The position numbers and the translations under genes were made by a program. 64,000 nt of DNA. It comes from an uncultured delta proteobacterium (GTDB taxonomy: Bacteria; Myxococcota_A; Polyangia; Polyangiales; Polyangiaceae). The stretch covers positions 160,001-224,000 of the forward strand of contig CAWJCS010000004.1 in assembly GCA_963841435.1 (NCBI GenBank). Direction: 5' to 3'. Each line of letters opens with the position of its first letter. The stretch's first letter is position 1. Shown piece after piece: positions 49,362 through 58,517 of the stretch. A model generated the notes under the pieces. That model ran no database searches and had not been told where the DNA came from. It saw only the letters and a program-made list of their open reading frames with translations.

Positions 49362-51002
49362 GTGTCCGAGTCCTTGAGTTACGTCGACGGACGCTACCGC
49401 CTGATAGCGCGCGTCGGTCAAGGCGGGATGGGCGTCGTCTACAGGGCGGTCCATGCGCTCACGGGTCGCGGGTGCGCCCTCAAGCTTCTGCGCTCGACCT
49501 GGATCGGCAACGCGGAGGTCACGCAGCGATTCTTCATCGAGGCGCGCGCGGCGACGCGTATCGCGCACGCGAACATCGTCGAGGTCATCGATGCGGGGTA
49601 TTCGGCCGCCGGGCCATACCTTGCGATGGAATGGCTGGACGGCGAGACGCTCGCCACCGTGATTCGGCGGGAGCAGCGTCTTTCGCTCGAGCAGACGCTC
49701 GCCATCGTCAAGCAGGTGCTCTCGGCGCTCGAGGCGGCGCACCGGGCCGGGATCGTGCATCGCGACATCAAGCCGGCCAACGTCTTCCTCACGAGCCGCG
49801 AGCGCCGGGCTCATCGCGTCAAGGTGCTCGACTTCGGCGTCGCGAAGATGCTCGAGTCGTCGGGGTCGCTCACCGAGTCGGGGCACGTGCTCGGGACGAC
49901 CGAGTATCTGTCGCCGGAGCAGGTGCAGGGCTCCGACGGCGTCGACGGGCGGAGCGATCTGTTCGCCGTCGGCATCCTTCTGTTCCAGCTTTTGAGCGGC
50001 ACGTCGCCGTTTCGAGGTCCGAACGGCGTCACGACGAGCTATCGCATCGTTCACACCGAGGCCCCACGGCTCGCCGAGGCCGGCGGTCCCGACGACCCAC
50101 GGCTCCAGGCTATCCTCGACCGCGCGCTCGCGAAGCGCCCCGAGGAGCGTTTTTCGAGCGCGAACGAGCTGTCCCTGGCTCTCGACGGGCTACTACCGGA
50201 GCTCGATCACGAGGCGGCGCTCCGCTCGCTCGCGCTCCAGGCGCAAGTCGAGATCGAGGGCGACGCTCCCACCGGGGTCCGCATGCAGCATCCCTCGGGC
50301 GTCCCAGGCCCGAACTCACCGACGCCCGTGGGGGTCGAGCGGGCGCCGTCGTCGCCGCGCGTGTCGCGCATCGGGGGGGCGACGCGAAGCCCCGACCCCG
50401 GTCAGGAAGCGCGCCGCGGGCGGCCCTCCGCGAAGCCCGACGCCCGCTCCGAAGAGCGCGTGCTCTCTGGCCGGGTCTTGCGGGCCCTTTACCGCACCAC
50501 GCTCATGCGGCACGGCACCGATGTCGTCCGCGCCGCGCTCCAAGAGTCATCGAGCGGCAAGCGGGTCGCCCTGGACGAGCGTATCGATCCGCATGCGCGT
50601 TACGAGCTCTCGGCGTTCGATCGCTACTGTGAGGGGTTGGCGTCGGTGCTCGGCGAGACGGATCTGCGCTACTGGCACGAGCACGGACAGGCCTCCGTCG
50701 AGGCGGAGCTCGTGGTCGAGCTACGCGCGATCTTCCGGGAGCACGCGCCGCTCGCCCTCGCCGAGGCGGCGCTGCCGCTCTGGGCCTCGCTGTTCGATTT
50801 CGGCACCTTTCGACTCGAGACGAGCGAAGGAAACGCGCATGCCGTGTGCGTGGACGACTTCGAGCGCGCCAGCCCGTCCCTCCAGGCCTGGGTGGCGGGC
50901 CTCGTGGAGCAGACCTTCCGCGCGGCAGGCCTCGCGGGCGCGACCGTGAAGACGACTCACGCCCGCGAAGGCACGCCGCTGACCTTGATTCTGCGTTTCT
51001 GA
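49362..51002 (+). CDS. Ser/Thr kinase with C-terminal H-NOX/V4R-like (DUF2378-like) domain
   Basis: GQGGMGVV, CALK, HRDIKPAN, DFG, YLSPE; C-terminal LWASLFDFG...WVAGLVEQ. The domain call is tentative. Confidence 0.88.
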   Translation: MSESLSYVDGRYRLIARVGQGGMGVVYRAVHALTGRGCALKLLRSTWIGNAEVTQRFFIEARAATRIAHANIVEVIDAGYSAAGPYLAMEWLDGETLATVIRREQRLSLEQTLAIVKQVLSALEAAHRAGIVHRDIKPANVFLTSRERRAHRVKVLDFGVAKMLESSGSLTESGHVLGTTEYLSPEQVQGSDGVDGRSDLFAVGILLFQLLSGTSPFRGPNGVTTSYRIVHTEAPRLAEAGGPDDPRLQAILDRALAKRPEERFSSANELSLALDGLLPELDHEAALRSLALQAQVEIEGDAPTGVRMQHPSGVPGPNSPTPVGVERAPSSPRVSRIGGATRSPDPGQEARRGRPSAKPDARSEERVLSGRVLRALYRTTLMRHGTDVVRAALQESSSGKRVALDERIDPHARYELSAFDRYCEGLASVLGETDLRYWHEHGQASVEAELVVELRAIFREHAPLALAEAALPLWASLFDFGTFRLETSEGNAHAVCVDDFERASPSLQAWVAGLVEQTFRAAGLAGATVKTTHAREGTPLTLILRF

Positions 51003-51016
51003 GCTGGTGAGCCGGC

Positions 51017-51352
51017 TCAGACGGCTTCGACGATGATGCGCCCGAAGCGTTTGCGGAAGCTCGCGACGAGCTTCTTGACCTGGGCTGGTGTCGCGAGGAG
51101 CCGCAACACTTCCTTCTTCGTCAAGCGATCGAGCTTGAAGGGAGCGATCGTCCGCTCGGGCGACTTCAGGAGCTGCCCGAGGAACTTGGGGTCCGCGACG
51201 GCGCGCCCGATCAGCGCGTGGAGGCCGACCTGGGGTTTCGCGCCGCCCCGGCGCTTCTTCGCCTTGCGGCGACGCTTCCTTTTAGGAGCCGCGCTCGGCG
51301 CGGGCCCCGCCGCCTTCGTCGTTTTGCGGGTTTTTTTCTTTCTTGCAGCCAT
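51017..51352 (-). CDS. Small basic protein with NHLP-clan (Os1348/Franean1_4349-like) leader-type domain
   Basis: LHALIGRAVADPKFLGQLLKSPERTIAPFKLD; K/R-rich N-terminus; RBS GAGGAG. Confidence 0.65.
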   Translation of the reverse strand: MAARKKKTRKTTKAAGPAPSAAPKRKRRRKAKKRRGGAKPQVGLHALIGRAVADPKFLGQLLKSPERTIAPFKLDRLTKKEVLRLLATPAQVKKLVASFRKRFGRIIVEAV

Positions 51353-51396
51353 GGGGAGCTCCTCGGGTTCGCTGGGTTGATGGACAATCGTGCGAT

Positions 51397-52365
51397 TTAG
51401 TCGATTCGGGAGACCGCGTGAGCCAGCCGAGCGAGCGAGACCTCTCCGGACAGGCGCCGGAGGTAGCCGGCGCGCTGTTCGGAATAGTCGGTGAAGGCGC
51501 GCATGCCGAGCGCCTCGGCGCTCGGCCGCGCCCGCTCGTGGAGCCGGATCGCCCGCCCGAGGGCTCGCTCGACGAGGTCGCTCTCGAACAGCGCCTTCTC
51601 GAGGGCTGCGGCGTCGCGTCGCTTCGAGGGCGCGACGCGGCGAGAGAGAGCCGCGACGAGAAAGGTTCGGTGACCGTGCGCGATGTCCCGACGAAATCCC
51701 TGGATATCGTTCGTGAGGCCGTACGCCTCACCCAGCGTTCGCACGAGCGGCGCGACGTGTCGCGCGCGCGAAAAATCTCCCTGCAGGGCGGCGACCGCGT
51801 AGAGCGGGATCTCGGCGAGGGCGGCCTTCCCGGAGTGGCGCACGAAGCTCGACATCGCATAGCGCGCTCCATGCCGCAACACCAACTCCTGCTCGACCGC
51901 CGTCGCGCGGGAGAACTCTCCGAGCGCGCGTCGACACGCGCGGCGGTACGCGGTGCTCTCGGAGCAGGCGAAGAACACCTCCGCTGCGTCCCAGATCAGG
52001 CAGTTTCCGAGCAGCAGCCACAGGGGCCTTCCTCGCCCCAGCGGTTCGTCGAGCACGTCGTCCTGTATCCGTGCGTAGAAGTAGGCGAGCGCCGTGGCCT
52101 CGAGCACGGAAAAGAGACGGCGCTCCGGGACGTTCCGGGCCATCCAGATGGGCAGATGCAGGAGCGGTGTCGCGCGCGGCCCCGAGAAGTAGCGCTCGCC
52201 ATCACCACCGATGCTCTTCAGGAAAGCCGCCCCGAGGCGCCCGATCCGGCCCGGGTAGCCGGTGAGCCGCTCGTCTAGGCGACGCCAGACTTCTCGGACG
52301 ATGGGCGCGCTCCTCTCGTACACTTCGAGGCGTTCGCCCTGCCTGGCGCTTCGGCTCGCCGTCAC
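51397..52365 (-). CDS. Class I isoprenoid synthase/terpene synthase-fold enzyme
   Basis: ARIQDDVLDE (DDxxD), HSGKAA, LTNDIQGFRRDI (NSE-like second motif). Confidence 0.75.
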   Translation of the reverse strand: MTASRSARQGERLEVYERSAPIVREVWRRLDERLTGYPGRIGRLGAAFLKSIGGDGERYFSGPRATPLLHLPIWMARNVPERRLFSVLEATALAYFYARIQDDVLDEPLGRGRPLWLLLGNCLIWDAAEVFFACSESTAYRRACRRALGEFSRATAVEQELVLRHGARYAMSSFVRHSGKAALAEIPLYAVAALQGDFSRARHVAPLVRTLGEAYGLTNDIQGFRRDIAHGHRTFLVAALSRRVAPSKRRDAAALEKALFESDLVERALGRAIRLHERARPSAEALGMRAFTDYSEQRAGYLRRLSGEVSLARLAHAVSRID

Positions 52366-53717
52366 CGCGCGCTAACCAGCGTGTTGCCCGTCTCGGACGA
52401 AGCGACCTCGAGCGGCTCCACGACGTAGACGGGCGCCGCGAGCCCCGGAATCATCCCAGGGGAGAGGCTCTTGGTTGCGTAGAGTCCGCGGATGGCGTCG
52501 TGGACGCTCTCGTCGACGAGAATGGGCCCGTAGCGCACGCTGGAAGCCTGCAGCCGCTCCGAGCGCGTGAGCGCCGGTCCCAAGACGGCGAAATCCATGC
52601 GCTCACGCGAGCCGATGTTCGCCGTGATCACCATGCCCTGCGCGATGCCGATGCCGACCGAGCTCTGCACGGCGGTCGCGTCGCCCTCCGCGTCCTTCGA
52701 CCGGAAGCGATCGCGCATTTCGATTGCGGCGCGGACGGCGGCGCCCGACGGATCGGGCACCTCGTAGGGCAGCCCGAACACGGCGACGAGCCCGTCCGAC
52801 GAGAACTTGTCGAGCGCGCCGCCGTAGCGCAGCACGATCTCGCTGAGGATCCCCAGGTTGCGGTTGAGCAGCGCCACGATGCCCTCCGGCTCGAGGCTCT
52901 CGGCGAGAGCGCTCATGTCCTCCATGCCGACGACGAGCACGGTGGCCGTGCGCCGCTCACTCGCGACGTCCGCTCGGTCCGGATGGTCGAGGACGTGCTC
53001 GAGGGCGGGTGGTGACAGGTAGCGCTTGAGGCGGAGCTGGCGCCGCTCGAGCTCGAGCTTGCGCACGGAATCGGTTGCCGCCTTGAGCAGGAGCTGGCGC
53101 GCGGCATGCGCCACCCATGCGGCGAGCGCTCCAGAAAATGCGATGAAAGCCACGATGGTGTACTGGTCTTCGAGCGAGACGATCTTCTCGCCGTAGAGCG
53201 CCGTGTCGGACACCTCCACGAGCCCGCGAGCCACGATCCACGCCAGCAAAAGCCCTCGCTGCAAGGCCGCCATCGTCGCGGCGAAGAGCGACAACCACAC
53301 GCTGTATTGCAGTCCCGTGAGGATCACGAACATCACGTAAAGGACACAGAAGATCGGCGCGAGCAGGGTTTCGTAGGCGCCCGAGTGGTTGTAGAGGCTC
53401 GTCATCGACGTGAGGCTGACGACGCTCGCGTCGGCGGCCGCGCCCACGTAGCTGAGCCACGGCAGGTGCAGCCCGCGACGGATGGCGAGGAACCCGAGCA
53501 CGGCGAGCGACAGGTAGCCGAGCCCGATCAGCACACCGGCACTCGTCGCTTCGGGCGTGTTGGCACCCTGGACCGCGAGACAGCTGACGATGCCGAACGC
53601 GCCGATCACCATGCGGATCAAGAACGTCGTCCGCGACCCGCGAATGCTCTCCTTCTGCAGGATCTCGACGATGTCGTCCGGCAGCGTCGCAGCCCCGCTT
53701 CTGCTCGAAGCGATCAC
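52362..53717 (-). CDS. Membrane class III adenylate/guanylate cyclase-like protein, catalytically degenerate
   Basis: About 6 TM segments, RYLSP, GGALDKFSSDGLVAVFG, GIGIAQG, IGSRERMDFAVLG. Confidence 0.82.
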   Translation of the reverse strand: MIASSRSGAATLPDDIVEILQKESIRGSRTTFLIRMVIGAFGIVSCLAVQGANTPEATSAGVLIGLGYLSLAVLGFLAIRRGLHLPWLSYVGAAADASVVSLTSMTSLYNHSGAYETLLAPIFCVLYVMFVILTGLQYSVWLSLFAATMAALQRGLLLAWIVARGLVEVSDTALYGEKIVSLEDQYTIVAFIAFSGALAAWVAHAARQLLLKAATDSVRKLELERRQLRLKRYLSPPALEHVLDHPDRADVASERRTATVLVVGMEDMSALAESLEPEGIVALLNRNLGILSEIVLRYGGALDKFSSDGLVAVFGLPYEVPDPSGAAVRAAIEMRDRFRSKDAEGDATAVQSSVGIGIAQGMVITANIGSRERMDFAVLGPALTRSERLQASSVRYGPILVDESVHDAIRGLYATKSLSPGMIPGLAAPVYVVEPLEVASSETGNTLVSAR

Positions 53718-54784
53718 CAAGCCTTCTCCGAAAGCGCCCGCAGCGCCAGGCAAGTGCCGTACACGCGTCCCGCGTACCACAGCTCGGCGGGCGCACCGTC
53801 GATTGCGAAGGAACCGTCGCTCGCTTGTGAATCGAGCAGGAAATATCGTCCCCGCGCCAGGGCCGCCGCGACGCGGGGGGTCCTTCCGACGCTCGCGAGC
53901 GTGATCAGGGCCAGCGCGGTGCAGAGCGGGCTCGCGCGCGCAGGCGTGAGATCGAAGCCCCATCCGCCCTCCCTCGTCTGCCGCGCGAGCGCTTCGCGCA
54001 AGAGCCCCGGTGGCTCGAAAAGGCGGACGCCGACGTGCGCGGGGTAGAAGAGCGAGGCGTAAAAGGCGGGGTGACCCTGCCAGGTCGCGGCGTCGGCGAG
54101 GTCCTCGCGGAGCGCACCGAGGCCTTGCTTTCTGCGCTCGGTCGCGCCCGCGTGGCGCCGAAGGGCGAGGAGCGTCCAGGCGGTGACGGAAGGACCCGTG
54201 AAGTAGGCATCGTATCCGGCGGGACTGCTCGTGACGAACGTGCGAACGCGACCGTCGGGCAGCCACTGCCGCACGAGCGCGCGGCACAGCGCCCCCTTTG
54301 CTCCCGGAATGGCGAGCGATGCGGCGGCCGTGGTCTCTGCACAGGTGCCGCGCGTCTGGCTCGAATGCGAGAGGCTGCCGTCCGGCAGCCGGTGAGCGAG
54401 AACGAACTCGCTCGCCTTCGGCAGCCGCTCGCCGACCTGCCTGAGCGCGAGCAACGTGTTCACGGTGTTCCAGACGTCCGTCCCGCCTGTGGCGAAAAAT
54501 GCCTCGCGTAGCGAAACCCGCCGCCTGAGGATCGCGAGCGGGTCGCGCACCGGCTCGAGCACGGCGCCGCTCGCGTGTTGGCACGAGCGCAAGAACGCAG
54601 AGGCTCGGGCGCAGGCCTCGCGCAAGAGGGAGCTCTTCGGCGGTTTCGCCACGGATGCTGGGCGCATGCTACTCGCAGCGAGGCCCAGCGAAAAAGCGGC
54701 GCGGATCGGCTCGACTTGGGCCGTCCCGGGAGGCAAGCTCGTGATCGCCGCGGCGACTCGCCCAGGGACGTTGAAGAAACTCAT
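53714..54784 (-). CDS. Prenyltransferase/squalene-cyclase (QW) repeat protein, alpha-alpha toroid
   Basis: FLRSCQHASGA, HRLPDGSL, ARQTREGGWG, FLLDSQASDGSF; no DxDD. Start uncertain. Confidence 0.72.
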   Translation of the reverse strand: MSFFNVPGRVAAAITSLPPGTAQVEPIRAAFSLGLAASSMRPASVAKPPKSSLLREACARASAFLRSCQHASGAVLEPVRDPLAILRRRVSLREAFFATGGTDVWNTVNTLLALRQVGERLPKASEFVLAHRLPDGSLSHSSQTRGTCAETTAAASLAIPGAKGALCRALVRQWLPDGRVRTFVTSSPAGYDAYFTGPSVTAWTLLALRRHAGATERRKQGLGALREDLADAATWQGHPAFYASLFYPAHVGVRLFEPPGLLREALARQTREGGWGFDLTPARASPLCTALALITLASVGRTPRVAAALARGRYFLLDSQASDGSFAIDGAPAELWYAGRVYGTCLALRALSEKAW

Positions 54785-54815
54785 GCGACGCCCCAATCGA
54801 GGCTAGGGAACGAAC

Positions 54816-55139
54816 GTGGCTCGAGCGAAGCGAAGCCCGCGAGCGAGAACCGGCATCAGACGGGCCCGCATGCTCGACGAGAAGCTCGTGCGAGCCCGCA
54901 CGAGGCTGTTCGAATTGGAGGCGGGAGGCAAAAAGGCGCGGCCCATCGACGTTTCGACGGCGGCGCTCGTCGAACCTCGCGCCCGTTCGGCGCGCTGTCC
55001 GCGCTGCGACGAGCCGTTCGACGTCGTGGCCCACGAAGCAAGGAGCGAGGGCGTCGAGCGGTTGCGCGAGGCCAAGCTCGTGTGTCGTTTCTGCAAGGTC
55101 GAGCGCTCGCTCTGGTTCCGGGTCGTCGCGCGTTCGTGA
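54816..55139 (+). CDS. Small zinc-ribbon protein
   Basis: CPRC...CRFC. Confidence 0.7.
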   Translation: MARAKRSPRARTGIRRARMLDEKLVRARTRLFELEAGGKKARPIDVSTAALVEPRARSARCPRCDEPFDVVAHEARSEGVERLREAKLVCRFCKVERSLWFRVVARS

Positions 55140-55379
55140 CGCATGCGGCACCCGTTGACGCCGTCCCCGCACGCGGATAGTGGTCGCGAAGCATGTCGCG
55201 GGTAGCCACGATTGAGAGTGCGACCGTGCAGGCGGGCGCACTGCGCGCGACCGGTCACTACTTTCTGCTCGACGAGGGGGTCACGCTCCAGGATTCCGTC
55301 CTGCTCGGGGCCGACCTCGGCATCCAGTTCTTCGCGCTCCAGCTCGGCCTGATGTCCTAGTGACGCCTGGGACGCGAGC

Positions 55380-57881
55380 TTGACGCGACCCCGGCGAACG
55401 CGTGGGCTCGGCGCGAGAGCTCTCGCGATGTCGGTCGTCACCGCCGCGCTCGGCAGAGCCGCCCCGAACGCCGACGCGCGCCCACCCGCCGTCGCGCCGA
55501 GCTCCCGGCCCGCACCGGGAACGGAGCCGAGCCCGTCGCCGCCGTTGCCTGTCGAGATCACTCCGCCACGGCTGCTCGGCGACGCGGAGGTGACGTACCC
55601 CGAGGGCGCTCACGGGGACGCGATCGTCGTCTTGACGCTCGTCGTCGGTCCTGACGGCAAGGTTCGCTCCGCGACGGCGAACGAGCCCCACGAGCCCTTC
55701 TCGAGCGTTGCGGAGACGGAAGCTCGAGCGTTCGAGTTCGAGCCGGCGCGGCGCGCCGGTGTTCCGGTCGCAGCGAAGATCCGGCTCCAGGTGCGTTTCG
55801 CCGAGCCGCGGCGCGAAAGAGACACCGCCGCGCCGCCGACCGCTCCCGTGTCCCCATCGCCCGTCGCCGCCGTCGCCGCTGGGGATGCTCGAGCCGGAGT
55901 CGAGGGGCGGGAGCCCACCGAGGTCGTCGTGCTCGGCCTGCGCGCCGAGCCGTCGCGCACCGCGACGCTCTCGCGCGCGGAGGTGCGCGAGATCCCGGGC
56001 ACGTTCGGTGACCCCTTCCGCGCCGTAGAGACGCTGCCGGGCGTGACGCCCATCGTGTCCGGTCTGCCCTTCTTCTTCGTGCGCGGCGCGCCGCCGGGCA
56101 ACGTGGGCTACTTTCTCGATGGGGTCCGCGTACCGGTGCTGTTTCACGTTGGCGCCGGTCCCTCGGTCGTCAATCCCGCGCTCATCGATCGCGTTGACTT
56201 CTACCCGGCCGGGTACCCGGCGCGGTTCGGCCACTTCGCGGGCGGTGTCGTCGCCGGCGAAACGCTGCCGCCGAGCCCCGAGCTGCACGGTGAGTACAAC
56301 CTGCGCGTCTTCGACGCCGGCGCGCTCGTGGAGGCACCGTTCGCCGGCGGGCGTGCCACGGCGCTCGTCGGAGGGCGCTACTCGTTCACGGCGCTCGCGC
56401 TTTCGCTGCTCTCGCCGACGACCGCGCTCGACTACTGGGACTACCAGGCGCGCCTCAGCTACGAGGTCGGGCCGCGTGACCGCCTCGAGCTCTTTTCGTT
56501 CGGCTCGTACGACTACGTGGGCGAGCGCACGCCGACCGAGACCATCACGCTGTTCGGTACCGAGTTTCATCGCGTCGATCTGCGCTACGATCACCGCTTC
56601 TCCCCGCGCAGCAAGCTGAGGACGGCGTTCACGCTGGGGCTCGATCGCTCGCGGCTCCAGGACCGCGAGCGCCACGTGCGCGTGAAGCTGCTCTCGGGCC
56701 GCAACGAGCTCGAGCACTATTTTTCCGAGGGCGTGCTTCTCAGGGCCGGCACGGACCTCGGGCTCGAGAGCTACGACATCGAGCTCGGGACCAGCGACCT
56801 CTCGCCGAGCGCGGCGCGCGTCGCCGCAGCGTATCCGTCGCGCACCGACCTCTCGCTCGGACTGCGCGGCGACGTCGTGCTCTACTTCGGCAAGCGCTTC
56901 GAGGTCACGCCGGGCGTCCGCGCGGATCTCTACGCCTCCGACGGAAGCTCGGCGTTCGGCGTCGATCCTCGGCTCGCACTGCGCGCTCGCGCCACGCCGC
57001 ACGTTTCGGTGCTGGGCGTTGCGGGCGTCGCGCACCAGCCGCCGTCGTTCGTCGTTCCGCTACCGGGTTTTCAGCCGGGCGGGCTACCGGGCGGGCTGCA
57101 GCGAGCGCTGCAGGAAAGTCTCGGGGTCGAGCTCGAGCTCGGTGACGGCATGACGCTGACGGCCACGGTCTTCCAGAACGCCTTCTTCAACATGAGCGAT
57201 CCGCTCGGAGCGCTCGAGCCGCAGGCGAACGGCTGCCCGCCGGGCGCGTACCCGGCCGACTCGATTGGCGGTGACCTCGGCAGGCAACCGAGCGGCTCGG
57301 TGACGTGCGGCGAGCGCTTCGAGCCCGGCACGCTGGGTCCCGATCGCAGCGGCGGCGGGGGTCAGGCTGCCGACAGTCGCTCGGGACAGCGAGTGAGCCG
57401 CGCCTTCGAGGTGCGTACCCTCGGGGCCTCGCGCGGCTTCGAGCTCTACTTCAAGCGGCGCCTCACCGAGCGACTCGGCGGGTTCTTGTCCTACACGCTG
57501 TCCCGCTCGACGCGGAGCTACGAGGGAAGGCGCTACGTCGCCGCCTTCGATCGCACCCACGTCGCCAACGTTGCCGCGGCGTACGACCTCGGACTCGGCT
57601 TTCGCGCGGGCGCCCGGGTCGTCTTCTACACGGGGTTGCCCCGGCCCGCCGAGCCGAGCGGTTCCGGGTCGGCCCGTTTGCCTGCGTTTTTTCGCTTGGA
57701 TGCGCGCCTCGAGAAGCGCTTCCTGCTCGGCGAGCGCGCGCGCCTCTCAGTGGTCGCGGAATGGCTGAATGCCACGCTCAGCAAGGAAGCCGTGTCGACG
57801 ACGTGCACGCTCGCCGGTTGCGAGTCACAAGTCATCGGTCCTGTCACGATCCCGAGCCTCGGGATAGAAGGGGCATTTTGA
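55380..57881 (+). CDS. TonB-dependent receptor with N-terminal TonB-C-like domain
   Basis: YPEGA...LVVGPDGKV...FEPA; plug EIPGTFGDPFRAVETLPGV; barrel ending LGIEGAF. Confidence 0.9.
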   Translation: MTRPRRTRGLGARALAMSVVTAALGRAAPNADARPPAVAPSSRPAPGTEPSPSPPLPVEITPPRLLGDAEVTYPEGAHGDAIVVLTLVVGPDGKVRSATANEPHEPFSSVAETEARAFEFEPARRAGVPVAAKIRLQVRFAEPRRERDTAAPPTAPVSPSPVAAVAAGDARAGVEGREPTEVVVLGLRAEPSRTATLSRAEVREIPGTFGDPFRAVETLPGVTPIVSGLPFFFVRGAPPGNVGYFLDGVRVPVLFHVGAGPSVVNPALIDRVDFYPAGYPARFGHFAGGVVAGETLPPSPELHGEYNLRVFDAGALVEAPFAGGRATALVGGRYSFTALALSLLSPTTALDYWDYQARLSYEVGPRDRLELFSFGSYDYVGERTPTETITLFGTEFHRVDLRYDHRFSPRSKLRTAFTLGLDRSRLQDRERHVRVKLLSGRNELEHYFSEGVLLRAGTDLGLESYDIELGTSDLSPSAARVAAAYPSRTDLSLGLRGDVVLYFGKRFEVTPGVRADLYASDGSSAFGVDPRLALRARATPHVSVLGVAGVAHQPPSFVVPLPGFQPGGLPGGLQRALQESLGVELELGDGMTLTATVFQNAFFNMSDPLGALEPQANGCPPGAYPADSIGGDLGRQPSGSVTCGERFEPGTLGPDRSGGGGQAADSRSGQRVSRAFEVRTLGASRGFELYFKRRLTERLGGFLSYTLSRSTRSYEGRRYVAAFDRTHVANVAAAYDLGLGFRAGARVVFYTGLPRPAEPSGSGSARLPAFFRLDARLEKRFLLGERARLSVVAEWLNATLSKEAVSTTCTLAGCESQVIGPVTIPSLGIEGAF

Positions 57882-58471
57882 TGTCGCATTTTCGCGGAGC
57901 ACGGCGCGCCTGGCTCCCACCCATCGCGTGGGCTCTGCTCTCGTGCTCGTCGAGCGCGCCCGGGCCGGAGCCGGTGCCGTGTGGCGAAGCGTGCCAGGAC
58001 CGCGTCGCGGTGCGTGCCGTGCGCGAAATGACCAAGCTTGCCTACAACCTCTTGCTTCAAGGCAATCCCGTCGGTCCGCAATCGGAGCTAGCGCCTTGCC
58101 CGCTCGGCGGGCTCATCGCCATCGACGGCACGGCGACCTCCAACGCCTCGCAGGGTGCGACGGAGGTTGACCTCGTGTACCAATTCGACGGCTGCCACCA
58201 CCTCGAGGTCGGCGGCGACCCCGAGGAGACCTACGAGATGACGCTCACCGGTGGGCTCTCGCAGCGCGGGACGCTCGCTGTCCAGCCTTCTGCGACGACG
58301 GCGCTTTTGCTGAGCAGCGACGCGATGACGATGGACGGCACCGTCCACGACCCGCCCATCGAATATCACGCCCCCGACTGCCCGCTTTCGCTCGCCCAGG
58401 ACGGCAACCGGCTTTCGGGGCTCGTCTGCGATCGCGAGGTGGGTCTGGACCTCGGCGAGCAGTCGAACTGA
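57881..58471 (+). CDS. Lipoprotein partner of the TonB-dependent receptor
   Basis: Lipobox ALLSC; TGATG coupling to the receptor gene. Confidence 0.75.
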   Translation: MSHFRGARRAWLPPIAWALLSCSSSAPGPEPVPCGEACQDRVAVRAVREMTKLAYNLLLQGNPVGPQSELAPCPLGGLIAIDGTATSNASQGATEVDLVYQFDGCHHLEVGGDPEETYEMTLTGGLSQRGTLAVQPSATTALLLSSDAMTMDGTVHDPPIEYHAPDCPLSLAQDGNRLSGLVCDREVGLDLGEQSN

Positions 58472-58489
58472 AGATCTGGCACATTCCTC

Positions 58490-58505
58490 GGGCACGCCGC
58501 TTGCG
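58490..58505 (+). promoter_or_regulatory. Putative sigma54 promoter GGGCACGCCGCTTGCG
   Basis: GG-N10-GC with GGCACG-N4-TTGC, about 13 bp before the ATG at 58518. Confidence 0.45.
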
Positions 58506-58517
58506 TCTTCCCAGTCC

